Source: Vulcanimicrobiota bacterium | Lineage (GTDB): Bacteria > Vulcanimicrobiota > Vulcanimicrobiia > Vulcanimicrobiales > Vulcanimicrobiaceae | Assembly (NCBI GenBank): GCA_963733295.1 | Contig: CAVTCS010000003.1 | Location: forward strand, 2,496,001 to 2,560,000 | Reading direction: 5' to 3' | DNA length: 64,000 bases | Shown: positions 34,794-45,536 of the stretch, one piece after another | Layout: each line of letters opens with the position of its first letter | Numbering within the stretch: position 1 is the stretch's first letter | Notes under the pieces: model-generated | The model's input: only the letters and a program-made list of their open reading frames with translations | The model's database searches: none | What the model was told of the DNA's origin: nothing | Made by a program: the position numbers and the translations under genes

Positions 34794-36248
34794 GTGGGAC
34801 GCATAACGGTTCGTTTCTTCGTCGTATTGACGTTGTCGTCATTATGCCCGGTGTCGGCGGCCCAGGTTCCGTTTTCGGCGGCTGCGCCCGACGTGCCGAT
34901 CAGCCATCGCGACCGGGTGTACGCGGCGGAGCAGTATTCAAACACGGTCTCGGTCACCGATCCCGTCAGCAACAAGCTTCTGGGCGTTATCCGTCTCGGC
35001 GATCCGTTACCGGGCAACCTGAGCCCGCTCTATACCGGCCAGCTCCTGGTGCACGGCATGGGGTTTTCTCCCGATTTTCGCACGATTGCGGTCGTCGCGA
35101 TCGGTTCGAATTCGGTCAACTTTATCGATACCGCTACGAATGCAGTCAAGCACGTCACCTACGTTGGGCGTTCCCCGCACGAGGCGTTCTTTACGCCGGA
35201 TGGCTCTGAAGTGTGGGTCACGGTCCGCGGCACGAACTACGTCTCGGTGCTCGACGGTGCAACATACAAGGAGAAGACGCGTATCACCGTGCCCAACGGT
35301 CCCGGCATGACGATCTTTTCGCCAGATGGCAAGTACGGGTATGTCTGCTCGTCGTTCACCCCAGAGACGGTGGTCGTGAGCGTCGCCAGCCATCAGATTG
35401 TGGGACGCGTTCCTCAGGCGAGTCCGTTTTGCCCGAATATCGCTGCGACGCCCGACGGGACGCAGGTTTGGTTACGTGAAGGATAGCGGCAAAACCCAAG
35501 TATTTGCTGCCCGCCCGCCGTTCGCTGTTTTAAAACGATCGACACAGGGCCGATTACGAACCACGTCAACATCGTCCACAATGCGAAGGGAACGTTCGCG
35601 CACGTGACGGTCGGTGGGCTGGACCAAGTTCAGGTATTTCGCACGAGCGACTTCGCAAAGGTCGCTACGATCCCGGTGGGCAGACTGCCGCACGGCATTT
35701 GGCCGTCCGGCGACGGGACACGGGTCTACGTCGGGCTCGAGAACGCCGACCAATTGGCTGCGATCGACACGCTGTCGAACACCGTCATTGCAACCATTCC
35801 TATCGGCCAGGCCGCTCAAGCCGTAGTCTACGTGCCGAACGCGGTTCCCCAAGGTGAAGGCGCGCAAGGCTTACAACCATTGGGTATCGCAGGCGAATCG
35901 GCGCAGTTGACGCTCGTGCCCGCGTCGCGCGGAGCCTCCGCAACCGTCGCTCCAACCAGCGTCACGTTGTTCGATCAGGGACTCGTGCAAGTGCTCGAGG
36001 CTGCGGTCTCGGGAATCGAGCCGAACAAGCCGTACGTCCTGGCGCTCTCGAGCCAGCCGGACGGCGGGGGCGTCCTGGAACCGCTCGCAGCGTTCACAAC
36101 CTCTTCCTCCGGATCCGCGATCGTCAACGCGGTTGGCCCCATCCGTCAGGTCGTGCGCTCCGAAGACGGCGCGCGGCGCCGCTACTTGGTGATCGTTGCG
36201 GGGACACCAACTCAACTCGGCGCTCCCGTCCAGATTCAGGCAACTTAG
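34794..36248 (+). pseudogene. YncE/YVTN beta-propeller protein, disrupted by compensating frameshifts and a TAG
   Basis: Repeats VGRSPHEAFFTPDG and VGRLPHGIWPSGDG; homologous sequence moves to another frame between ~35473 and ~35535; TAG at 35484-35486. Confidence 0.8.
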
Positions 36249-36290
36249 CGGCCGGCGATTCGGCAACGGCGGCGGTGCCAGCACTCGACG

Positions 36291-36668
36291 TCAAGGCGCT
36301 GCGGTAAGTCTCGGTCGAGAATCGCGCACAACTGTGCGATAGTGCCCTGGCGTCATCCCAACGTGGCGGATAAATTGACGCGTAAAATAGCACGTATCGT
36401 TGAAGCCGACCGCGTAGCACGCCGTTGCGACGCGCGCACCCGTCTCGCTGAATAGTTCCTGCGCGGCCGATATGCGTCTCCGAATGATCCACGCGGTAAC
36501 CGGCGTTCCAGTACGCCGCCGGAAAGAATACGTGAGATGGGCAGGCGAGTAGCCTAGCGCTTTGGCGACGTCGCGGAGGCTAATGGGCGCCGCATAGTTC
36601 TGCTCCACGTAGCGCGTCACGCTCCCGACGGCCTGCTCGGTTTCCCATCGAAACGTCGACGATTGCAT
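36291..36668 (-). CDS. AraC-family regulator (HTH domain only)
   Basis: ISLRDVAKALGYSPAHLTYSFRRRTG, VGFNDTCYFTRQF.R..GMTPGHYR. Confidence 0.85.
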   Translation of the reverse strand: MQSSTFRWETEQAVGSVTRYVEQNYAAPISLRDVAKALGYSPAHLTYSFRRRTGTPVTAWIIRRRISAAQELFSETGARVATACYAVGFNDTCYFTRQFIRHVGMTPGHYRTVVRDSRPRLTAAP

Positions 36669-36765
36669 GGAAGCACCCCCGCGATAGATGCGCTTTTCCT
36701 TTCTCGCGGACGGAGGCCTGTTCACGAGGAAGGGACTACGTTCTCTCGGAGATACTTTGATTGCG

Positions 36766-37026
36766 ATGGATCCCAAAGCCGTCAAGCCCGGCCAGAAGCT
36801 CGAGCTCTACATCAAGCCCGATTGCCCGTATTGCGCGGAAGCGCGCCGTTACTACGACGGCAAAGGGATCGAGTATAGATTCTACGACGCGCAGAACGAC
36901 CGCGAAGCGCGCAAACGCATGTTCGCGCTCGCGAATGGCGACCCAACCGTTCCTGCGATCGTCGTCGACGGCACGTACGTGCAGTCCGGTTGGGGCTCGC
37001 CACCGGCCGGTTGAACAGTCCACTGA
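36766..37026 (+). CDS. glutaredoxin-like probable selenoprotein (CPYC plus C-terminal Sec; Uxx-star-like)
   Basis: KPDCPYC, TVPAIVVDG; ...GWGSPPAG-TGA(37012)-ACA-GTC-CAC-TGA; SECIS-like hairpin follows; selC in window. Confidence 0.8.
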
Positions 37027-37050
37027 TGCGCCGGTCGGCGCGATCAAAGT
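37022..37050 (+). promoter_or_regulatory. bacterial SECIS-like hairpin
   Basis: TGAT-GCGCC-[GGTC]-GGCGC-g-ATCA stem-loop; loop starts 18 nt after the UGA. Confidence 0.7.
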
Positions 37051-37109
37051 CGTAGCGACGCTGCAAGCGGGACGGAAGTCGCCGCGCGAAGTCGTCAGTT
37101 AGGAGCGCT

Positions 37110-38303
37110 ATGAATCGTCGATGGTTGGCTACGGCCTGCGCGGGCGCCGCATTCGCGTGCATGGGCGCGAGTTCGGCCACGCCGCCGCCGGGGTTTGCCG
37201 CTGGCTACAACGCCTTCGGTTTTCACCTGCTCGCGAAGCTTCGGAGCAACGAATCCAACGTCTTCATTTCGCCGACGAGCGTCGCGCTGGCGCTGGCGAT
37301 CGTCACCGAAGGTTCGGCAGGCGCGACCCGAACGCAGCTGCTCGCAGCGCTCGGCCAAACGAATGTCAGCCCCGAGGCGTTCGACAGCGAAAACGCGCAG
37401 TTGATGGCCGCGCTGCGCGACGCCGGCAGTGACTTGCAGTTCTCGGTCGCGAACGCGCTGTGGACGAACCCCGACTATCCGCTGCTGCCGCGCTTTGTGA
37501 AGAACAGCGGCGTCGTCTTCGGCGCGACGGCGAAAACGTTGCCGTTCGGAGATCCGAGTGCCGCCGAGACGATCAACGCCTGGGTCAAGGACAACACGTA
37601 CGGCCTGATTCCCGAGATCATCGGCTCGACCAGCAAACGCGACGCACTGATCGTCACCAACGCGATCGCGATGAAGGCCAAATGGCTCGCGCAGTTCGCA
37701 AAGAACGATACGCACGACGCACCGTTCACCACCAGTGACGGAAAGCAAGTGACGGTCTCGCTGATGCGCCGCGAGGGCAGCTACGCTTACGCGCGCGAGC
37801 CGGACTGGCAGGTGGCGCGCCTTCCCTATCGCGGCGACCGCTTTGCGATGTACGTCTTTCTGCCGCGGGCCGGTCTCCCGCTGGGGGACGCGATCGCAAA
37901 ACTCGACAGCAAAGCCTTCGCGTCTGCCCTGGCCGGTTTGACGGAGCAGCACATTCTCTTCGCGATGCCGCGTTTTTCGGCGACGTATAAAGCGGAACTG
38001 AACGCGCCGCTCGCCCAACTCGGCGTTTTAGATGCCTTCGACGCGGGGAGCGCCGATTTCAGCCAAATGCTGCCGCGGCACGGCGCCCACATCAGCGCGG
38101 TGCTGCACCGGACGTTCGTGCGCGTCGACGAGGAGGGCACCGAGGCGGCCGCCGTGACGGCGATCGTCATGAAAGCGCTCGCCGTACCGGTCGCACCCGA
38201 AGAGCAGATGATCGTCAATCGTCCGTTCTTGATGGCGATTCGCGACGACCAAACCGGGCAGATCCTCTTCCTCGGAACGATCGTCGCGCCGAAGGCAGAC
38301 TAG
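37110..38303 (+). CDS. secreted serpin
   Basis: NVFISPTS, INAWVKDNTYGLI, VDEEGTEAAAVT hinge, VNRPFLMAIRD..TG.ILFLG; N-terminal signal. Confidence 0.93.
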   Translation: MNRRWLATACAGAAFACMGASSATPPPGFAAGYNAFGFHLLAKLRSNESNVFISPTSVALALAIVTEGSAGATRTQLLAALGQTNVSPEAFDSENAQLMAALRDAGSDLQFSVANALWTNPDYPLLPRFVKNSGVVFGATAKTLPFGDPSAAETINAWVKDNTYGLIPEIIGSTSKRDALIVTNAIAMKAKWLAQFAKNDTHDAPFTTSDGKQVTVSLMRREGSYAYAREPDWQVARLPYRGDRFAMYVFLPRAGLPLGDAIAKLDSKAFASALAGLTEQHILFAMPRFSATYKAELNAPLAQLGVLDAFDAGSADFSQMLPRHGAHISAVLHRTFVRVDEEGTEAAAVTAIVMKALAVPVAPEEQMIVNRPFLMAIRDDQTGQILFLGTIVAPKAD

Positions 38304-38974
38304 GTGACGAGCGGATGGTCGTCGTCGAAGGCGAGTTCCATCGTACGATCGTCTTTGAGTCTAAGAAAACCTCTGCAGAGCATGTGACCTGCAACGCTCG
38401 CGTATTCACGGGGCCGCGCGAGCAAGCCGGCCGAGACGGCCGTCATCCACGTGTTTCCGACGTGCTTGACGAAAGTTGCTGCGCGATCCAGGGCGTAACC
38501 GAGGACGATCGCATGATTCTTTCCGTCTGAAAGTGTGTCGGTGGCGTCATCGTATTGCAGCGGCCGCTCGAATACATCGGAATTCGGATTCGGAACAGCC
38601 GGATTGGCGATGTGCTGACGGAACGCGGCCCAGCGCTCGATATCGGCCTTGAGCGATTCAGGCATCTCGGCGAAGACGACGGGCTTCATCTGGGCAAGGA
38701 TCGCTGCCCCCTCTTTGAGCGACGCGAGTGACACCACAGCTGAAATTGCCAACATGACGCGCACTTCATCGGACATCGATTCCCGCAGCTTACGAACTTC
38801 ATCGTGCGCAAGCGTGGCTTGTCGCACCGCATCAAGCATAAAGTACATGATCCGCTGAATCGGTGCGCCCGGATCGATCACGTCGCCGCGCACTCTAGGA
38901 TGCGCCACTGGCACTTCATGCATCCATTGTAACAAACCGTTCGACCAATCGCGAACCGGCGGCGTTCGAACCAA
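38300..38974 (-). CDS. hypothetical protein
   Basis: 224-aa ORF, GGGAGG RBS before TTG, visibly less GC-rich than its neighbours. Confidence 0.65.
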   Translation of the reverse strand: MVRTPPVRDWSNGLLQWMHEVPVAHPRVRGDVIDPGAPIQRIMYFMLDAVRQATLAHDEVRKLRESMSDEVRVMLAISAVVSLASLKEGAAILAQMKPVVFAEMPESLKADIERWAAFRQHIANPAVPNPNSDVFERPLQYDDATDTLSDGKNHAIVLGYALDRAATFVKHVGNTWMTAVSAGLLARPREYASVAGHMLCRGFLRLKDDRTMELAFDDDHPLVT

Positions 38975-39067
38975 TCTGGACCTCCCGATTCGCCGGGCAG
39001 GGACCTGCGTACCAGGACACGCTGTCGGCGCGAGGAGTCGGACCTAGGGCATGTAATTCTCGGACGC

Positions 39068-40156
39068 ATGCACGTCGGCCGCATCTTCGGCATCGACATC
39101 TACATCGACCTGAGCTGGTTCCTGATCTTCGTGCTCGTCGCGTGGATGCTCAGCAGCGACGTCGGGCCGCTCGGGTCTGCCGGCCTGTCCCTCGGCGATC
39201 GAGCACTGCTCGGAATCCTCACCGCGCTGCTGTTCTTCGCGAGCGTGCTCGCGCACGAGTTGGCACACTCCGTCGTGGCGCGCATGCGCGGACTGCCGGT
39301 CAAGCGCATCACGCTCTTCATCTTCGGCGGCGTTTCGCAGATCGGCGCCGATTTCGGGAGCGCGGCGGGCGAGGGATGGATCGCGTTTGTCGGGCCGCTC
39401 ACGAGCATGGTTGTCGCGGTGCTTTTCTACTTTATCGCACAAGCGCTCGGCACCCATTCGCCTGTGGGCCTCGCCGCGGGTTATCTGGCCTGGGCGAACG
39501 GAATTCTCGCTATCTTCAATCTCTTGCCCGCCTACCCGCTCGACGGCGGCAAGGTTCTGCACTCGCTCATCTGGAGCGCAACCGGCGATCGCCGGCGCGC
39601 TACCCGGATCGCGGCGGCGATCGGGCAAACCATCGCTCTCGCCATGGTAGCGCTTGGCATCTTCACGTCGTTCACCGTCAGCTTCTTCAACGGCTTGTGG
39701 TTTACGCTCATCGGCTTGTTCCTCTTCCAGGCCGCTAAGGCGGAGGCGTATCAGTCGGAGCTTGCTTCGACGCTACACGGACAGACGGCGAGCGCACTCG
39801 CGACCAGCCCGCCCCCGCCGCTATCACCCGACACCAACGCGCGCGCCGCAACCGAAGCGCTCTTACACAGCGGACAACGCGCAGCGCCGGTGGTCGCGGA
39901 TGGCCGGCTCGTCGGCATGATCACGCTGACCGATCTCGCGCGCGCTCATGCGAGCGCGCCGGAGGCACTCGTGTCCGCGTTGATGACGCCGGCCGCGCAG
40001 CTCAAGAGCGTCACGCCGGCAAGTGATTCGATGGAAGCGCTCAGTTCGCTCGCGCAGAGCGGGTATCACCAGCTCCCGGTCATCGACGAGACGGGTGCGG
40101 TCGTCGGGTTTATCACGCGCGAAGGCTTGCTCCAACGCCTCGCACTGTCACGCTAA
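39068..40156 (+). CDS. site-2 protease (M50) with tandem CBS domains
   Basis: AHELAH, LFIFGGV, FNLLPAYPLDGG, two C-terminal CBS motifs. Confidence 0.92.
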   Translation: MHVGRIFGIDIYIDLSWFLIFVLVAWMLSSDVGPLGSAGLSLGDRALLGILTALLFFASVLAHELAHSVVARMRGLPVKRITLFIFGGVSQIGADFGSAAGEGWIAFVGPLTSMVVAVLFYFIAQALGTHSPVGLAAGYLAWANGILAIFNLLPAYPLDGGKVLHSLIWSATGDRRRATRIAAAIGQTIALAMVALGIFTSFTVSFFNGLWFTLIGLFLFQAAKAEAYQSELASTLHGQTASALATSPPPPLSPDTNARAATEALLHSGQRAAPVVADGRLVGMITLTDLARAHASAPEALVSALMTPAAQLKSVTPASDSMEALSSLAQSGYHQLPVIDETGAVVGFITREGLLQRLALSR

Positions 40157-40172
40157 GCACTAGGAGAATTCC

Positions 40173-40403
40173 ATGACCACTCACCCTGCCGTCGAGTCTC
40201 ATCGGCTTGCAGCCAAACACCACCAGTCCGCCGCAGATTATCACGAGCTCGCCGCGAAGCGGTACGAGCACGGCGATCACGCCCAAGCGGCCCACTACGC
40301 GCTGCTAGCCCAGGCGCACGCGTTGCACGCTGCCGGCTTCATGTCGGATGCGGCAAAAATCCACGCGGAACAACACGGCGGAAACAAGCACGCCCACTCC
40401 TAA
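40173..40403 (+). CDS. small His/Ala-rich helical protein
   Basis: AGGAG RBS; HRLAAKHHQSAADYHELAAKRYEHGDHAQAAHYA...HALHA. Confidence 0.75.
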   Translation: MTTHPAVESHRLAAKHHQSAADYHELAAKRYEHGDHAQAAHYALLAQAHALHAAGFMSDAAKIHAEQHGGNKHAHS

Positions 40404-40414
40404 AGTCCGAGCGG

Positions 40415-40437
40415 GGAGTCGGCTCGTGCGCCGGCTC

Positions 40438-40438
<1 letters not shown>
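40415..40438. terminator. hairpin between convergent genes
   Basis: GGAGTCGGC-TCGTGC-GCCGGCTCC. Confidence 0.45.
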
Positions 40439-41712
<1,274 letters not shown>

Positions 41713-42156
41713 GCGGTCTGCCTCCTGGGAAAGCGGATCCCGTTTTCAGGACATTTGTCCAACGCGGGACTTTACTTTCCCAAGCTACGTCCATTGACGC
41801 GGGCTCCCTTCAGCGGACTCCCTCGCCGCTCGCAAGAGCGTGGGCCGGCTCACCTATGGCGGAAGGCTACGGACCGTCATGGTCCGCCAAGAACGTTGGC
41901 ATTGCGCGCGCGACGATCCCCGACCGCAGCCCACGGCTGGTGTCCAGAAACCGCGGGTCGCTTCAAGCGATCCGGGCTTGGTCGACGTGTTGGCCCGGTC
42001 GGCTGCACCAACAGCTTTCGTCGCTCGCCTTCGCCCCACGTATTCCTCGATTACATCGCGGCGCACGTGACCGAGTTCCTACAGAGTTCTCGACAATGAT
42101 GATCAAGTTGTGATCTCGAAGCGCGTCGCGAATGGCCGTTTGTTCGACCACCGTTC

Positions 42157-43269
42157 TTGTCGACGTTGCTTGAGTTGACCGCGGGCATTGCGGGCGTTGC
42201 CGTCGTGCTGACCATTTCGTCAGACCTTTTCCAAAGTGTTATCGTGCCCCGCCCGGCTTACACGTGGAGGGCTAGCGCCCAGCTCGTGCCGCGCGCGTGG
42301 CGGATCTTCGGCGTGATCGGTTTGCAGATCCGTGACTCCGAGCGGCGCGAAGCGCTTTATGGCGTTTTTGCACCGGCGATGCTGGTCATACTGCTCATTT
42401 TTTGGATTACGGGACTCGTCTTAGGGTTTGGCCTGATCTTTTATGCGCTGCGTGCCGGCCTCAAGCCCGAACCCACGACCTACTGGGCAGCCGTGTACTA
42501 TGCGGGAACGTCGATGTTGACGCTAGGCTACGGCGACATCGTTGCGCAGTCGGGTCTTGCGCGTGCGCTCTCCCTCATCGCAGCCGCGATCGGCCTCGCC
42601 ACGTTCGCGATCGTCACCGCGTTCTTGTTCGCGCTCTTTTCGGCCTTTCAGCGACGCGAGCAGTTCATCATCGCGATGCGCGAACGGACCGGAGCGCCAC
42701 CGTCGGGCGTCGATCTGCTCGAGCGGCTCGTCGAGTTGGAGATGCTCGACGAACTCCCGGTGCTGTTCCGACGTGCAGAGGAGTGGATCGCCGACTTGAT
42801 GGAGACCCATCTCGCCTATCCAATGCTCTCGTATTTTCGCTCGACGCACGACAACCAGTCCTGGGTCGGTGCGATCGGCGCGCTGCTCGACGCCTCGGCA
42901 CTCTTGATCACCACCGTAGACGCCGGCGCCGTTGGATCGTCGAAAATGCTGAGCCGACTCGCGCGCCATTTGGTGAATGATTTCGCAGTCTACTATCATT
43001 TCGAAGATGATATCGGTGCCGTTGGTATCGAGCAGGGCGAGTTCGTGAGCGCGCACGCGCGTCTGCAGGCGAAAGGACTCAAGATGCACGACGTGGACGA
43101 GGCCTGGGCCGCCTTTGCTGCACTGCGAGCTACGTATGCGCAGCCACTCAACGCGATGGCACTGTGGTGGCGGATTCCACCGGCGCTTTGGATCGGCGAT
43201 CGGTCTATCGTCACCCGCCATACGCAGATCGCACCGCACGAGGCCGCACCACAGCCACCGTTACGCTGA
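42157..43269 (+). CDS. potassium channel family protein
   Basis: Pore/filter TSMLTLGYGD; C-terminal HLAYP.L.YFRS. Confidence 0.85.
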   Translation: MSTLLELTAGIAGVAVVLTISSDLFQSVIVPRPAYTWRASAQLVPRAWRIFGVIGLQIRDSERREALYGVFAPAMLVILLIFWITGLVLGFGLIFYALRAGLKPEPTTYWAAVYYAGTSMLTLGYGDIVAQSGLARALSLIAAAIGLATFAIVTAFLFALFSAFQRREQFIIAMRERTGAPPSGVDLLERLVELEMLDELPVLFRRAEEWIADLMETHLAYPMLSYFRSTHDNQSWVGAIGALLDASALLITTVDAGAVGSSKMLSRLARHLVNDFAVYYHFEDDIGAVGIEQGEFVSAHARLQAKGLKMHDVDEAWAAFAALRATYAQPLNAMALWWRIPPALWIGDRSIVTRHTQIAPHEAAPQPPLR

Positions 43270-43330
43270 TCGAAGTGCACGACACAAATCGACGCACTTA
43301 TGCCCCAAAGTCAAGACTTTGACCCTGCAC

Positions 43331-43369
43331 TAAGCGGGCGGGTCATCGGTTCGAATCCGCTCGTCGGCT
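43331..43369 (+). mobile_element. degenerate 3' half of a tRNA (Thr-like), att-site remnant
   Basis: TAAGCGGGCGGGTC-ATCGG-TTCGAAT-CCGCT-CGTCGGC-T: T-arm and acceptor 3' strand, starting at the anticodon loop; no 5' half. Confidence 0.6.
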
Positions 43370-43806
43370 TATTCCAACTCCATGTGCAGCGCGCTTTCGG
43401 CGTCGCGCGCCTCCACGCAGTTCGGATAATCTCGGACGAGCCAGGACTCGGTGGCAACGGCGCGCACATGAGACTCATCGGTTTGAGCGAGAGCGTAGTC
43501 GCGCACGAGAACCAGCAAATCGCGCCTGATCCAGGGATCGCGCGGGTAGGCTCCCTCCCACGAGCGTATGGCGTCGGCCGCGGATGCCAGCGCTCCGTCC
43601 ACGATCGGCTGGGGGTCGTCACCGAGTTGCAAGTGTATGCCGGCGTCCCGCAACGTGTTGGCCACGCCGAGCACGCTCAACTGAAATCGGCCGAAATACT
43701 CGTCGGCCGGAGCCAGGTCGGACGGTTGGTAACGGTACTGTTGCGCCGCTGCCGGCGCGGAACAAATGAAAAAAACGGCCACCATTATGCCTAAGCAGAA
43801 TCTCAA
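43369..43806 (-). CDS. hypothetical exported protein
   Basis: AAGGAG RBS, signal peptide, APADEYFGR..LS.LG..N, YPRDPWI. Confidence 0.7.
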   Translation of the reverse strand: MRFCLGIMVAVFFICSAPAAAQQYRYQPSDLAPADEYFGRFQLSVLGVANTLRDAGIHLQLGDDPQPIVDGALASAADAIRSWEGAYPRDPWIRRDLLVLVRDYALAQTDESHVRAVATESWLVRDYPNCVEARDAESALHMELE

Positions 43807-44139
43807 GACCTTCTCTCCTTATCGAGCGGAAAAACCGGTCGCCGGGGCGCGAACGCCTCGGTGGGATAGCCGAGATCGTAGCACCGTCAGCGCCGCCGAA
43901 ACCTTACGCGTCGATGAGTATTTGATGAGCGAGCATGCATCGCTGGGACGATCGCCATGACATCGGCTGGACGCACGAGCTTCTGCGCCGTATGCACGCG
44001 CGCGATTTACTTGACTCGCGTCTCTCCGCGTCTCTCAGGGAACTCTAACGTTCGCCTAATCTGCAATCGCGGATTTCCCAGCATAGTGAAGAGCAGACAG
44101 CCCGATACCTTCATTGCCCGGGTTAGGAAAGAGACGATT

Positions 44140-45321
44140 ATGCGTGCTTTCTTTGTACGATATTTCCCCCGCATCTTGGGCGCCGCACTGGCCGCCACAG
44201 CGCTTGCGTTGCCCGCAGTGTCACTCGCGCAATCGCAGGACGAGCAGATCCACGGAAAGATCCAGTCAATCGAGGGGACCTTCAATCTTTCGATCGCAGG
44301 CGACGACGGCTACCTCGACTCCGTTGCGGTGCAGCAAGACACGACGATCAATCCGACCGGCTTAGCGCTTGCGCCAGGCATGGAAGTGACGGTAACCGGC
44401 TACCCCTCAGGTTCAGTTTTTACCGCCGTTGAAATCGACGCGCCGTATAAGTATTCGGGCCCGCCACCGGTACCGGTTTACTATGGGCCCGGCGCGTGGT
44501 ATCCCGGCTACGCGTTCGGTTACGGCCCATCGTTTAGCATCGGAATCTCATTTGACGGAAGCGGCGCCTATTCGGCGCATCGTGAGCCTTGGACGGGTAG
44601 TTGGATAGCGAATTCCGCGCCGTCAACGTATCAGAACGGGAGCGTCAGCGGCGGCTACGGCCCTGATTCCGGCGACGGTTCCGGGGGTCCACCGCCCATG
44701 GGTTCAGGTCCAGCTCTTCCACCGCCCGCGGCGTCGAGTTCAGCGCCGCTCAACGCCCCAAGCCAGGCCCCTGTGCCGCTTGGCCCGACGGCAGGAGTTC
44801 CCGTCGGCGGCCTCGCCCCGAACGTCAGCGGAGCACCGGTGAGCCTATTCGTGCCGGGAGGGTCGCCGGTCAACGTGTACATCCAGGGTGCGTCGCCCGC
44901 CGGCGGTTATGCCGCTGCCGGAACAACTGCTTCCGGCAATGCGCCCGCAGCCGCATCCTCGTTGGACGATTTAGGCAACGATTTTCCGGGAGGCGCGCAG
45001 AGCTCCATATATCGACAAGCCCCAACCGGCCCGGGCGCGGGACCAAACGCCAGCGCGACCTACGCAGAGTCCGCTCCTGTGAGCGGTTACTTTGGACGCG
45101 GGGTCGCAGCGTACGGCCAAGCTCTCCGCCCAGACCGCGCAGCACCGATGGTGCTGCCGTCGTATGCCTATCTTCCCGGGACGTACCGCGCACCGCCGGC
45201 TGTATTGCCTCCATATGCCATTAGCCCGGATCGATATCGTGTCGCAACTCAAGCGCCGGGATACCTCGTTACGACGGTTGGAAGCGGTTATTATTCAGGT
45301 GCAACGGGTTATCAGCACTAG
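44140..45321 (+). CDS. exported protein with N-terminal DUF5666-like beta domain and Pro/Gly/Tyr-rich tail
   Basis: Signal peptide; QIHGKI, TTINPTGLALAPGMEVTV.G, F.A.EID; low-complexity C-terminus. Confidence 0.7.
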   Translation: MRAFFVRYFPRILGAALAATALALPAVSLAQSQDEQIHGKIQSIEGTFNLSIAGDDGYLDSVAVQQDTTINPTGLALAPGMEVTVTGYPSGSVFTAVEIDAPYKYSGPPPVPVYYGPGAWYPGYAFGYGPSFSIGISFDGSGAYSAHREPWTGSWIANSAPSTYQNGSVSGGYGPDSGDGSGGPPPMGSGPALPPPAASSSAPLNAPSQAPVPLGPTAGVPVGGLAPNVSGAPVSLFVPGGSPVNVYIQGASPAGGYAAAGTTASGNAPAAASSLDDLGNDFPGGAQSSIYRQAPTGPGAGPNASATYAESAPVSGYFGRGVAAYGQALRPDRAAPMVLPSYAYLPGTYRAPPAVLPPYAISPDRYRVATQAPGYLVTTVGSGYYSGATGYQH

Positions 45322-45536
45322 ATTTCAGGCGCAAAAGCGGTTTAAAGCGCCGCGCTATCTTCACGGGGCCTGCCCCTGTGAGTGGTTTGTCCGAGAGTCG
45401 CTGGACAATGCGACGGCATCGTGGAGCTGATCTCGCTCCGACCTTGCTCGAGTTTGTCAGCCCTCGAAAGCTAGCCCGTGTGGCCAAATTGTGTGCAACC
45501 AACACCGCTAGCGGGGGAAAACCGCATGAAATCTAG
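45318..45536. repeat. 219-bp segment bounded by a 14-bp imperfect inverted repeat
   Basis: CTAGATTTCAGGCG (45318-45331) vs CGCATGAAATCTAG (45523-45536): 13/14 complementary. Confidence 0.5.

Noticed and set aside
35484..35486. In-frame TAG in the YVTN gene as possible pyrrolysine or readthrough
   Set aside because: The homologous sequence shifts to another frame around it, so indels explain the stop
41800..41850. Glycine-riboswitch-like CGCTGAAGG upstream of gdhA
   Set aside because: The other conserved elements (GGAGA...CTCTCAGG) are absent
43300..43369. Complete tRNA gene
   Set aside because: No D-arm or 5' acceptor strand upstream; only a 3' fragment is present
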